DNA of 64,000 nucleotides from the NCBI GenBank assembly GCA_963716725.1, contig CAVQUB010000009.1, positions 160,001 through 224,000 on the forward strand, in the 5' to 3' direction. The notes under the pieces are model-generated. The model did no database searches. It had not been told where the DNA came from and saw only the letters and a program-made list of their open reading frames with translations. Source of the DNA: an uncultured delta proteobacterium. Lineage in GTDB: Bacteria > Myxococcota_A > Polyangia > Polyangiales > Polyangiaceae. The first letter of the stretch is position 1, and each line of letters opens with the position of its first letter. The position numbers were made by a program, and so were the translations under genes. Shown here one piece after another: positions 37,957 to 46,606 of this stretch.

Positions 37957-37985
37957 AATCTAGCGCCACCGGACATTCTACGCAA
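37957..37985 (-). promoter_or_regulatory. Sigma70-type promoter, probably giving a leaderless DUF4160 mRNA
   Basis: TTGCGT-N17-TAGATT, then 5 nt to the GTG; no SD. Confidence 0.55.
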
Positions 37986-38163
37986 GCGACACGAGAAATG
38001 GCCGGCCTTGCCTTGCGGCGACAGGGCTCGAAGCCATCGTCCGTGGGATCGAATTCACACCGCATTCGTCGCTGAATCGTCGCCAGCACTCCAAACGGAG
38101 CCCAACCACGCTAATCGCCCTCTCGCAACAACGCGGATCAGTTCGGTTCGCATCCGTTCGCGA

Positions 38164-38226
38164 CAGACGCGCCGGATTTAGGTTCCGGTATCGAAAGATG
38201 TGGAGGTTCGAGTCCTCCCTCGTGCA
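38164..38226 (+). repeat. attR-like 3' fragment of tRNA-Leu(TAG)
   Basis: Identical anticodon arm, then variable arm ATC-GAAA-GAT, T arm GGAGG-TTCGAGT-CCTCC, acceptor strand CTCGTGCA; 5' acceptor strand and D loop absent. Confidence 0.9.
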
Positions 38227-38231
38227 GCAGG

Positions 38232-38765
38232 TCAGATTCGTAGCCGTTTCGGCGATGCGTTGGCGACGGGTGCTCGCGCAGATGTGGTGATAGCCGTCGC
38301 TATTCCGACGATATTATCGCGAGCCACTCCTCCGGGATCCATCTCGGCCAGCTCGGGGATGGCTTCATGCAGCGGCACGAGGCGCTCCACGTTCAGCTCG
38401 GCGTAGATGCCGACGGCGTGGTCGTAGCGGTCGATCATGCTCGTTGTCCGTGTGCCGGGTCCGACGCTTGCTCACGCTGTCGCTCTCGCCGCGAGCACGA
38501 ACCAGCGTGACGTAGGCTCAGCTCGCCGGCAAGCTCTACGGCGACCACGTTCGGCATCGACGTGGCCTTCGCCGAAATTCTCACCAGCGAGCCAGACGTC
38601 GTCGAGGGAAGCAGTTTCTTGGGGCTCATCGGGATCGTAGGACCGGAGCTGAGGATCTATCCGACGGGCGAGCACGTTGCCGAGAAGCTGCACGCCAAAG
38701 GTCGCTGCAAGCTCCGGGATGGCTTCGTGCAAGGGCGTGAACCACCCGAGGTTCAGCTCCGTCAT
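38232..38765 (-). pseudogene. Fragmented ORF(s) with a duplicated ELNxxxxxPLHEAIPELA motif
   Basis: Same motif in ORFs 38472..38765 and 38232..38438, about 360 bp apart. Confidence 0.35.
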
Positions 38766-38803
38766 CGACTCGGCGTCCCAGCCGCATCCGGCGGGCGCTG
38801 GCT

Positions 38804-40216
38804 CTACTGGACTAGCTTGAACTCGATGCGCCGGTTCTTCTGCTTTCCGGCCTTGGTCTTGTTGTCGGCGAGGGGCTCGTCGGGGCCGGCGCCACGGGTC
38901 TCGATGCGCTCGGCGGCGATGCCCTTCTTGGCGAAGTACTCCTTGACGGACTCGGCGCGCTTCTTCGACAGCTCTAGGTTGTGGTCACGCTTCCCGTCGG
39001 TGTCCGTGTGGCCGCTGATCTCCATGCGAAGCTTGGGGTAGTCCGTCAGCACCTTGACCGCCTCGTCCAGCACGGTGAACGACTTTGGCCTGATCGTGGC
39101 CTTGTTCACGTCGAACTCGATGCCCTGGATCACGCCGGAGAATTTCTTCACGGCCTCGGGCAGCTGGTCGGGGCAGCCGTCGTCGTCCTCGAAGCCGTTC
39201 TTGGTTTCGCGCTCCGTGGGGCACTTGTCGTTCGGATCCAGGATGCCGTCCTGGTCGGGGTCCCTGTCCGGGCAACCGTCGGGCGCGATGCCCTTCTCGT
39301 CGGGGCACTTGTCGTCGGGATCGAGGAACCCGTCCTTGTCGCGGTCGCCCACCGGGCAACCGTCCGGCGCAACGCCCTTGTCGTCGGGGCACTTGTCGTC
39401 GGGATCGAGGAACCCGTCCTTGTCGCGGTCGCCCGCCGGGCAGCCATCCGGTGCAACGCCCTTGTCGTCGGGGCACTTGTCGTCGGAATCGAGGAACCCG
39501 TCCTTGTCGCGATCACTGGGCGCCGCGGCCGGCTCGGGCTTCTTCTCCTCGCTGCGCCCCAGCGTGAGGCTCAGCCCCAAGAGCACCTCCGGATGGTGAG
39601 CGGTCTCACCGCGCTTGCCGCGAGACTCCGGGCTCTTGCCGGTCATGTTGTCCCGCAGATCCAGGCGCACGCCGAGCAAACTAGTGAACGCGAGCTTGGC
39701 GCCGATGCCGACGTGCACTGCGGGGTCACCGTCGTCGCCCATGGCATCCGTGGACGCGCCGATGCGCCCGAGCCCCGCCACCACGAAGGGCGTGATCCGC
39801 GATCCGGGGACCTGCCCGATCACGTGCCCCCGCATGCCCCAGAGCATTGCGTTCTCTTCACCCGCCGACGCCGCCGGTCCGAGCGCGCCTTCGAGCTCGG
39901 CGCCGACGAATGAGAGCGGAAAGTACGCGGCGCGGAGCCCGAGCTCGAGGGCCGGACGCTTGAAGGTCTGGTGGGAGTCGTTCACGGCGCGCAGGTTGTG
40001 ATCGTCGCTCATCCAGATGAGCCCGCCGAACAGACCGAGCTCGACCAGGTTCGGCTCCGGCGAGTAGCGACCGAACCATCCTTCACCGCTCGCGCTCGCG
40101 CTGCCTTCGCTGCCTTCGAACGACAGTGATCCGGAAGCGCCCGCCTCCTGGGCTCGAGCGGGAAGAGCAACCAGCGTGGAGAGCAAGAGCGCAGACAGGA
40201 CGATAGGGGCTCGCAT
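38804..40216 (-). CDS. OmpA family protein with thrombospondin type-3 repeats
   Basis: Signal peptide, beta-barrel, 84-bp repeats encoding DRDKDGFLDxDDKCPDDKGVAPDGCP, C-terminal GHTD...LSKKRAESV...NRRIEF. Confidence 0.93.
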   Translation of the reverse strand: MRAPIVLSALLLSTLVALPARAQEAGASGSLSFEGSEGSASASGEGWFGRYSPEPNLVELGLFGGLIWMSDDHNLRAVNDSHQTFKRPALELGLRAAYFPLSFVGAELEGALGPAASAGEENAMLWGMRGHVIGQVPGSRITPFVVAGLGRIGASTDAMGDDGDPAVHVGIGAKLAFTSLLGVRLDLRDNMTGKSPESRGKRGETAHHPEVLLGLSLTLGRSEEKKPEPAAAPSDRDKDGFLDSDDKCPDDKGVAPDGCPAGDRDKDGFLDPDDKCPDDKGVAPDGCPVGDRDKDGFLDPDDKCPDEKGIAPDGCPDRDPDQDGILDPNDKCPTERETKNGFEDDDGCPDQLPEAVKKFSGVIQGIEFDVNKATIRPKSFTVLDEAVKVLTDYPKLRMEISGHTDTDGKRDHNLELSKKRAESVKEYFAKKGIAAERIETRGAGPDEPLADNKTKAGKQKNRRIEFKLVQ

Positions 40217-40321
40217 GCCCGTCCAAGTGCCATCCGCCGGCGCGGGAGACAAGGGGCGGCGAGCGCGCACGCAAAGATTGCTGCGCGCGCTTGTGCCGTT
40301 CAGCGGAACTGACCTCCGGGC

Positions 40322-41455
40322 TCAGCGCTCTTCGTCCGGCGCGTCTGGATCGCCCAGCCAGCCGCGGAGCCGGAAGTAGAGCATCAATCCGAGTCCGAGC
40401 GCCGCCATCGCGCCGATCACGATGAAGTAGCCGTGCCGCCACCTGAGCTCCGGCATGTAGTCGAAGTTCATTCCATACACGCCGACGACGAAGGTGAGCG
40501 GAATGAAGATCGTCGTCACGACCGTGAGCACGCGCATCACGTCGTTGGTGCGGTTCGACATCACGGACATGTAAGTGTTCGTGAGCTCGCTCACGAGTTC
40601 GCGGTAGCTCTCGACCATCTCCACGAGCTGCGCGCAGTGGTCGTAGGTGTCGCGCAGGTAGAGCCGCGCCGAGTCGGTGACCATGGGAACCGGCTCACGG
40701 ATCAGACTCGAGAGCGCCTCTCGCAGCGGCCAAATCGAGCGGCGCACCAAGAGCAACATGCGCTTGACTTCGTGGACTCGCACCAAGAGGTCCGGCTTGG
40801 GACGACGGACGACCTGATCTTCGAGCTCGTCGAGCTGGTCACCGAAGACCTCGAGTAAGGGGTAGTAGCCATCGACGATGGTGTCGATGATGGAGTACGC
40901 CAGGTGGTCGGCGCCCGAGCTGCGGAGCAGCCCGACGTTTTCTCGAAGTCGATGGCGAACCGGATCGAAGAGGTCGCCGTGTTTCTCCTGGAAGGTCAGC
41001 AGATGACCCTTGCCGATGAACGCGCTGACCTGCTCGGTGTGCAGATCGCCCTTGTCGTCGAGGCGCAACATGCCGCAGATGAAGAGCTGCTGTCCCTCGT
41101 AGCTCTCGGTCTTGGGCCGCTGGGGCACGTTGACGACGTCGGCCAGCGCCAGCGGGTGGAGCGCGAACAAGTCACCGATCTGCTGCAGGACCTTCTCGTC
41201 GCCGAGGCCCTGGACGTCGATCCAAGCCACGGCGTGTGCGCTCGAGATCCGCCTCACCTCGGCCACGTCGTCGACGTCGCTCTCGAAGTAGCGTTCGGCG
41301 TCGTACGCGATCACGTGGATGCGCGGCTTGGCTGCCCCCGCCGCGATGGCCAGCGCACCGGGCCGAGCTCCCACCGGCGGGTTGCGCTTGAGGAAGAGCG
41401 ATGCGGCCGTCGCGACGCGACGGAGCGAACGAGGCGCTTCTTCTTCCGTGCTCAC
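40322..41455 (-). CDS. corA: Magnesium/cobalt transporter
   Basis: LHPLALADV..QRPK, two C-terminal TMs with YGMNF and MPEL. Confidence 0.95.
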   Translation of the reverse strand: MSTEEEAPRSLRRVATAASLFLKRNPPVGARPGALAIAAGAAKPRIHVIAYDAERYFESDVDDVAEVRRISSAHAVAWIDVQGLGDEKVLQQIGDLFALHPLALADVVNVPQRPKTESYEGQQLFICGMLRLDDKGDLHTEQVSAFIGKGHLLTFQEKHGDLFDPVRHRLRENVGLLRSSGADHLAYSIIDTIVDGYYPLLEVFGDQLDELEDQVVRRPKPDLLVRVHEVKRMLLLVRRSIWPLREALSSLIREPVPMVTDSARLYLRDTYDHCAQLVEMVESYRELVSELTNTYMSVMSNRTNDVMRVLTVVTTIFIPLTFVVGVYGMNFDYMPELRWRHGYFIVIGAMAALGLGLMLYFRLRGWLGDPDAPDEER

Positions 41456-41494
41456 CCGACGCTCACTCGCGCGCTCACGCCTCGCACCTTCGAT

Positions 41495-42865
41495 TCAGTT
41501 CTTGGCGCGACCTTTGGGCGAGCGCCAGCGCGGCTTGAGGTGGACCTTCAGCACGTCGCGCAGGAGGCCGATGTGCGCACAGTGATCCATCTTGTCGTTG
41601 CCGTCGTAGCCACGAACGTGAAAGCTGCCCTTCGAGAAGCGGGTATTCAGATCGAGCCCCATTGGGTCGCGTCCGCGGGACTCGGTCTTTCGCGGGCGCC
41701 CGCCCAGCTTCTCTATGAGGAAATTGGCGGTCTCGGTGGTCGAGGCGTAGCCCGGCGGGATGATCGACGAGTGGCTCACGAACATCAGCTTCTGGCGCGC
41801 CGCGGCGCTCTTCGCGAAGTCGACGAAGGGCCGGAGCTGCAGCTCGTTGAGTGAGTCTCCGCTGTAGCCGCTGTGCAGGCCGTCCAGGAGAATCACGGTG
41901 TCGACGAGCTTCTTCGCGAGCTCTTGCTGGAGGATCTCGCCGACCGCTCCGTAGCCCGCGCTCCAGGCCGAGAGCCCAACGTTCCGCACGTGGGCGTTCT
42001 TCTTGCCGGTCTTCGCGGCCATGGCCTTCTCGACGCTGTCGACGAGCTTCTTGAAGGCTTCGGGAGAGGCAAACGCCGACGCATAGGGTCCGGAACCGAT
42101 GCCGAGGTCGATCCCGACCAGCACCGCGCCGTCCATGACCTGGACCCACTCCTTGCGCACGGGCTCGTGCCCGTGGAAGTGGAACATCACGTCGAACCCG
42201 CCGTTCGAGGCGATCCCGCCTTTGCCCGCCGAGATCATCTGACCCATCGACGGCGCCCGGCTCCACTTGTCGTAGACGCCGTAGCCCTTGTCCGGGGTGT
42301 TGCAGGGGTTGACCCCGCGCTCTTCAGCGGACTTCTGAGTTTGGGTATCTCCCGAGGGCTTGCGGACGACCCAAGCGGCCGCGCGAGTGTCGGCGAGCTC
42401 CGCCTTGGCGAGCGCCTTGGGTTCCGCGGCCTTCTTCTTCGCGGCGGCCTGGGCTTCATCGGACTTCTCCGCCTGCGCCTTTGCGATCGCCTCGCCGCGT
42501 TTGTCGGCCTTGGTCTGCTTGCCGGCCTTGGTCTGCTTGTCGGCCTTGGCCTGCTTGTCGGCCTTGGTCTGCTTGTCGGCCTTGGTCTGCTTGTCGGCCT
42601 TGGCCTGCTTGTCGGCCTTGGCCTGCTTGTCGGCCTTGCGCTTCTTGTCGGCCTTGCGCTTCTTGTCGGCCTTGCGCTTCTTGTCGGCCTTGGCCTGCTT
42701 GTCGGCCTCGGCGCTCTTGTCCGTCTTCGACTGCTGGTGAGCCTTGGCGCCGATGTTGGTCGGGACGGCGCCCGTGGCCGCAATCGCGGGGAGCGTGAGA
42801 CCGAGACCCAGCGACAACGCGACTGCGCTGACCGCCCGTCGGAATCTGGCTCCAGTGATGATCAT
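41495..42865 (-). CDS. Exported alpha/beta-hydrolase-like protein with Lys/Ala-rich repeat
   Basis: Signal peptide, (KADKQ/KADKKR) repeats, HFHG, LSAWSAGYGA, LLDGLH, DHC. Confidence 0.7.
   Translation of the reverse strand: MIITGARFRRAVSAVALSLGLGLTLPAIAATGAVPTNIGAKAHQQSKTDKSAEADKQAKADKKRKADKKRKADKKRKADKQAKADKQAKADKQTKADKQTKADKQAKADKQTKAGKQTKADKRGEAIAKAQAEKSDEAQAAAKKKAAEPKALAKAELADTRAAAWVVRKPSGDTQTQKSAEERGVNPCNTPDKGYGVYDKWSRAPSMGQMISAGKGGIASNGGFDVMFHFHGHEPVRKEWVQVMDGAVLVGIDLGIGSGPYASAFASPEAFKKLVDSVEKAMAAKTGKKNAHVRNVGLSAWSAGYGAVGEILQQELAKKLVDTVILLDGLHSGYSGDSLNELQLRPFVDFAKSAAARQKLMFVSHSSIIPPGYASTTETANFLIEKLGGRPRKTESRGRDPMGLDLNTRFSKGSFHVRGYDGNDKMDHCAHIGLLRDVLKVHLKPRWRSPKGRAKN
42501..42708. repeat. 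18-bp in-frame tandem repeat, about 11.5 copies
   Basis: Unit TTGTCGGCCTTGGYCTGC with variant TTGTCGGCCTTGCGCTTC. Confidence 0.9.
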
Positions 42866-43016
42866 GGGTGGGCCCACCGTGGCGCACGAACCCGTTATTT
42901 TCAACTTAGTGGCTACGATTTCCGGCGACTGAACGGCCCTCGCGCGGAAACCCACTGGATCTCGCGGCCTTCACCCGACTTGACCAAACGCTCAGGGGTT
43001 CGGGACACTCACGGTC

Positions 43017-43907
43017 ATGCGCCGCTCGACGAGGTGGGTCGGAGCCGTCCGCCGATGGGAGTTTTCACTACTCGTCGCAGCGTGGGCGGCGCTCGGTTGC
43101 GCGCGCCCAGCCGCGCCCCTGCCGCCCTCGCCTTCACCGGCGGTCGCGACCGCCTCGAGCCCGGCGAGTCCTTTCGAGCGCGAAGCCGAGCCCGCGAACG
43201 CTTGCCCCAAGGCGATGGTCTCGATCCCGAGCGGCACGCTCTGGCTCGGTTCCCCAGCGGGCCGCGGCGAAGCCAATGAGCGACCCGAAGCGAAGGTCGA
43301 CATCGGCGAGTACTGTCTGAGCCAGCGCGAGGTGAGCGTCGCACAATACCAGGCCTGCGCGTCGAACAAGGCCTGCGAGGCGCTGCCAACGGAGGTGCGC
43401 TTACTCTCGCCGCTGCCCGAGGCGGAGCACAAGGCGCAGAGTGCCCACTGCAGCGCGAACCTCACGGACAACGCGGATCTGCCTGCGAGCTGCGTGGGCT
43501 TCGAGGACGCGAGCCGGTACTGTGCCTGGAAAGGGCTGCGCCTTCCGACCGAAGCGGAGTGGGAATGGGCGGCGACGGGCGGTGACGACAAGCTCGCGTG
43601 GCCTTGGGGCAACGCGCTGCCTTCGGACGAGAACACGTGCTGGAACCGCCGCTCACCCTGTCGGGTCGGGAGCCGAGCCGCCGGCGCCTTTGGGCTTCAC
43701 GATCTGGCGGGCGGCGTCAGCGAGTGGACGAACAGCGCCTACGGCCCCTACGGCGGCACGGCGAACGACCCGAAGGAGAAGGTCGTGCGCGGGGGCAGTT
43801 GGGAGAGCGTGAAGCCCGATGCCCTGCGACCTGAGAAGCGCGCCTCGATGCCCGCGGGCTACCGCGACGTAACGCTGGGATTCCGCTGCGCGAAGGACCG
43901 CCGATGA
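43017..43907 (+). CDS. FGE-sulfatase (SUMF1/EgtB/PvdO) domain lipoprotein
   Basis: ALGC lipobox; RLPTEAEWEWAA, FGLHDLAGGVSEWT, RGGSW, LGFRCA. Confidence 0.9.
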   Translation: MRRSTRWVGAVRRWEFSLLVAAWAALGCARPAAPLPPSPSPAVATASSPASPFEREAEPANACPKAMVSIPSGTLWLGSPAGRGEANERPEAKVDIGEYCLSQREVSVAQYQACASNKACEALPTEVRLLSPLPEAEHKAQSAHCSANLTDNADLPASCVGFEDASRYCAWKGLRLPTEAEWEWAATGGDDKLAWPWGNALPSDENTCWNRRSPCRVGSRAAGAFGLHDLAGGVSEWTNSAYGPYGGTANDPKEKVVRGGSWESVKPDALRPEKRASMPAGYRDVTLGFRCAKDRR

Positions 43908-44161
43908 CCGCCGTTGTGCTGCGCATCGAGCCCGATCTGTGCGGACCGGTCAGCGTCGGAACGGTGGCCGTGATCAGAGTGCTCGAGCGATCGCTCCGCC
44001 TCGCGCTGCCGGACGCCCTCAGCGTGGTGAATCGCGCGGTGTTCGACGGAGAGACCGTGCGCGTCCCCGCGCCGTCCGAGCGTGCCGCCGCGGAGTGTGT
44101 CGATTTGCTCGCAGACGTCCCGGCAAGCGCGCGAGTCAGGGCATGGGTCGAACCCGGATGA
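43904..44161 (+). CDS. Small hypothetical protein (possible L7/L12 C-terminal-like fold)
   Basis: ATGA overlap with upstream gene; VAVIRVLERSLRLALPDALSVV. Confidence 0.5.
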   Translation: MTAVVLRIEPDLCGPVSVGTVAVIRVLERSLRLALPDALSVVNRAVFDGETVRVPAPSERAAAECVDLLADVPASARVRAWVEPG

Positions 44162-44192
44162 CGGCACCGCGCTCGAAGCGCTAGAGTTCGGC

Positions 44193-45500
44193 GTGCACGC
44201 AAGAGCCCTCCCCGGTCTGCTCGGTTTGTGTCTGTTGGGCGTCCCGACGGCAGCCCGCGGCGACGCCATCGACGATCTGAAACCCGGCACCTGGTACGAG
44301 GTGCCGAGCTCCAAGTTGCGCGGCGTCTGTCCACCGGACTCGGCCAGCTACGAGTTCAGCTTCTACTGCAAGGGCGTGATGTCCGCGTGGAGCGGCGCCG
44401 CCCTCGACACCTCCCGCGGGCGGCTGGTGGTCTGGGGCGGCGGGCACGGCGACTACAAAGGCAACGAGGTCTATGCCTTCGATCTGACCGCCCTCGCCTG
44501 GTCGCGCCTCTGGGGGCCGACGCCCGACGCGCAGATCCCCTCCGGAGGAACCCACGAGCAGTACGACGACGGCAACCCCGGCTCGCGTCACACCTACTCG
44601 GGGCTCGCCTATCTTCCGCCGCCGACGGACGCGCTGCTCTCCTTCGGCGGCTCGCTGTGGCAGAGCGGGTTCTACGGGAAGGGCGTGTGGAGCTTCTCCT
44701 TCGACGCCGGCAAATGGACGCGCAAAGCCGACGGCGCGGGTGAGCAAGGCTACGGAGATCCGGTCGTCTACGATCCGAAGAGCGGCCACGTCTTCCGTCG
44801 CGCCAACTCGCGCATGTTCGAATACGACCCGTCGGCAGACACCCACACGCCGCGCGCCGAGTCGAACGGAGGCTTCTGGGCCGCCAACGTGTCGGCAGCG
44901 TTGGATCCGGACGCGCGCTTGATGGTGATCGTTGGTGAAAAGCGGGTCGACCTCTACCACCTCGACACGGACACGTACGAGCAGGACGTGACCCTCAGCG
45001 GCGCCACGGTCTTGGATCTGTTCGGCGGCGCAGCGCCGGGCATCGACTACGACACGAACCTGAAGCAGTTCGTGCTCTGGGGCGGCGGCGCGACGGTATA
45101 TTCCTTCGATCCAAGCAAGAAGGTCTTCGAGCAACACGACGTCGCCGGCGCGACACCGAGCCAGGTGACGGCGAGCGGCGGCGTGTTCGGTCGGTTCCGC
45201 TACGTGCCCACGCGCAATGTCTTTGTCGCAGTCAACAGCGTCGATGAGAGCGTGTTCGTGCTGCGCATGGCGCCGGGAACCGGCACGCCGCCACCGATCC
45301 CCGACGCGGGGGCGGGCGGCTCCGGCAGCGGCGGCGGCAGCAGCAGCGGCGGCAGCAACGGCTCCGGCAAGAACGACGACGCGGCCGACGACTCGGGCTG
45401 CGGGTGCTCGCTGCCCCAGGGCCGCGGGCGCTGGGAACTCGCCCTGGTCGGAGCGCTGCTCGCCATTGCCGGCGCGCGGCGCGTCCGACGACGGCGCTAG
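44193..45500 (+). CDS. MYXO-CTERM beta-propeller surface protein
   Basis: Signal peptide; WGGGHGDYKGNEVYAFDL, SRHTY; SGCGCS...hydrophobic...RRVRRRR tail. Confidence 0.8.
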   Translation: MHARALPGLLGLCLLGVPTAARGDAIDDLKPGTWYEVPSSKLRGVCPPDSASYEFSFYCKGVMSAWSGAALDTSRGRLVVWGGGHGDYKGNEVYAFDLTALAWSRLWGPTPDAQIPSGGTHEQYDDGNPGSRHTYSGLAYLPPPTDALLSFGGSLWQSGFYGKGVWSFSFDAGKWTRKADGAGEQGYGDPVVYDPKSGHVFRRANSRMFEYDPSADTHTPRAESNGGFWAANVSAALDPDARLMVIVGEKRVDLYHLDTDTYEQDVTLSGATVLDLFGGAAPGIDYDTNLKQFVLWGGGATVYSFDPSKKVFEQHDVAGATPSQVTASGGVFGRFRYVPTRNVFVAVNSVDESVFVLRMAPGTGTPPPIPDAGAGGSGSGGGSSSGGSNGSGKNDDAADDSGCGCSLPQGRGRWELALVGALLAIAGARRVRRRR

Positions 45501-45632
45501 GGGGGGGAGCCGTCAACAGCAGCGCCTGGCGGCCGCCACCGGCGAAGGCGGCGGTCGCCGGCTCGGTGCGATCGAAGAATCGCGCGGGATCCGGCCTGGG
45601 CATTGGGCACGTCGGTTGCTCTCTCGGGCCCC

Positions 45633-46568
45633 ATGCCCTCCCAGCTGCACGAGGCCTTGGTCGAACTCTTTCGCGAGCGACCGATGCTCGCGCCGGAGTT
45701 GCTCCGCGCCGTGTTCGGCATCGCGCTGCCAGCAGCAGACCGCGCCGAGGTCGTCGCGGCCAGCTTCGGCGAGGTGCGACCGCCGGAGTATTCGGCGGAT
45801 CTCGTGCTGCACGTCGGGGCGGGCGCTCACCGCGTTGCGGTCATCCTCGAAGTACAACTCGACGCGGACGAAGCCGCTCGACAGTCCAAGCGCAGCGCAT
45901 GGCCACGATACACCGTGTGGCAATGGGCCAACGGTCGGGCACCGACCTACCTCGTCGTGGTCACGCCGAGTCAGCGCGTGGAACGGTGGGCGGCGCAGCC
46001 GATCGTGCTAGGTCATCCCGGATTCGCGCTATTGCCGCTGGTGCTCGGTCCGTCGAACGTCCCGGCACTCGTCAACCGCGAGGCGGCGCTGGCCAGCCCC
46101 GAGTTGGCCGTGCTCTCCGCCGTGGTGCACGGGCATGGCTCGGCGGCGGTTGAGGTTGGCAAGCTTGCTATCGAGGCTGCGCTGGCAATCGAGCCGGACA
46201 GGCGTAAGCTTTACGTAGATGTGGTGCTCGCTGCTCTGAAGGCAGGCGCGCGGAGAGAAGTCGAGGAAAGCATGCTCCAGAACTACGAGTACCAGAGCGA
46301 ATACGCCAAGCGATACGTCCAACAAGGGCGCGAGGAAGGCAAAGCTGAAGGCAAAGCTGAAGGCAAAGCTGAAGGCAAAGCTGAAGGCAAAGCTGAAGGC
46401 AAAGCTGAAGGCAAAGCTGAAGACATCTTGCGCGTGCTCGAAGTGCGGGGGCTTCAAGTGACCGAAGCCATCGCGAATCAAGTCCTTGCATGCCGCGATC
46501 TGACGACGCTCGACGCCTGGCTCCTGCGCGCCGTCACGGCGACGACGCTGGACGCGGTATTCGCGTAG
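45633..46568 (+). CDS. Rpn/YhgA-like PD-(D/E)XK nuclease
   Basis: ADLVL...VILEVQL...WPRY; YEYQSEYAKRY, EGKA repeats, C-terminal ILRVLEVRGL...LDAWLLRAV. Confidence 0.8.
   Translation: MPSQLHEALVELFRERPMLAPELLRAVFGIALPAADRAEVVAASFGEVRPPEYSADLVLHVGAGAHRVAVILEVQLDADEAARQSKRSAWPRYTVWQWANGRAPTYLVVVTPSQRVERWAAQPIVLGHPGFALLPLVLGPSNVPALVNREAALASPELAVLSAVVHGHGSAAVEVGKLAIEAALAIEPDRRKLYVDVVLAALKAGARREVEESMLQNYEYQSEYAKRYVQQGREEGKAEGKAEGKAEGKAEGKAEGKAEGKAEDILRVLEVRGLQVTEAIANQVLACRDLTTLDAWLLRAVTATTLDAVFA
46335..46418 (+). repeat. Perfect 12-bp tandem repeat x7
   Basis: (GAAGGCAAAGCT)7 encoding EGKA. Confidence 0.97.
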
Positions 46569-46606
46569 TTCGGTCGAGTTTGCGTCGCCGTCGCCCCAGG
46601 CGCGGC

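Larger units (their letters stand above)
36157..38226. mobile_element. Decayed integrative island in tRNA-Leu(TAG), no integrase visible
   Basis: 26-bp direct repeat CAGACGCGCCGGATTTAGGTTCCGGT at 36157-36182 and 38164-38189; cargo of TA-like genes and gene remnants. Confidence 0.85.

Noticed and set aside
38164..38226. Second complete tRNA-Leu gene
   Set aside because: The upstream sequence has no 5' acceptor strand or D loop; it is an att fragment
46335..46418. CRISPR array (also considered for 42501-42708, 39260-39512, 57143-57322)
   Set aside because: Units are contiguous, in-frame coding repeats without unique spacers; no cas genes in the window
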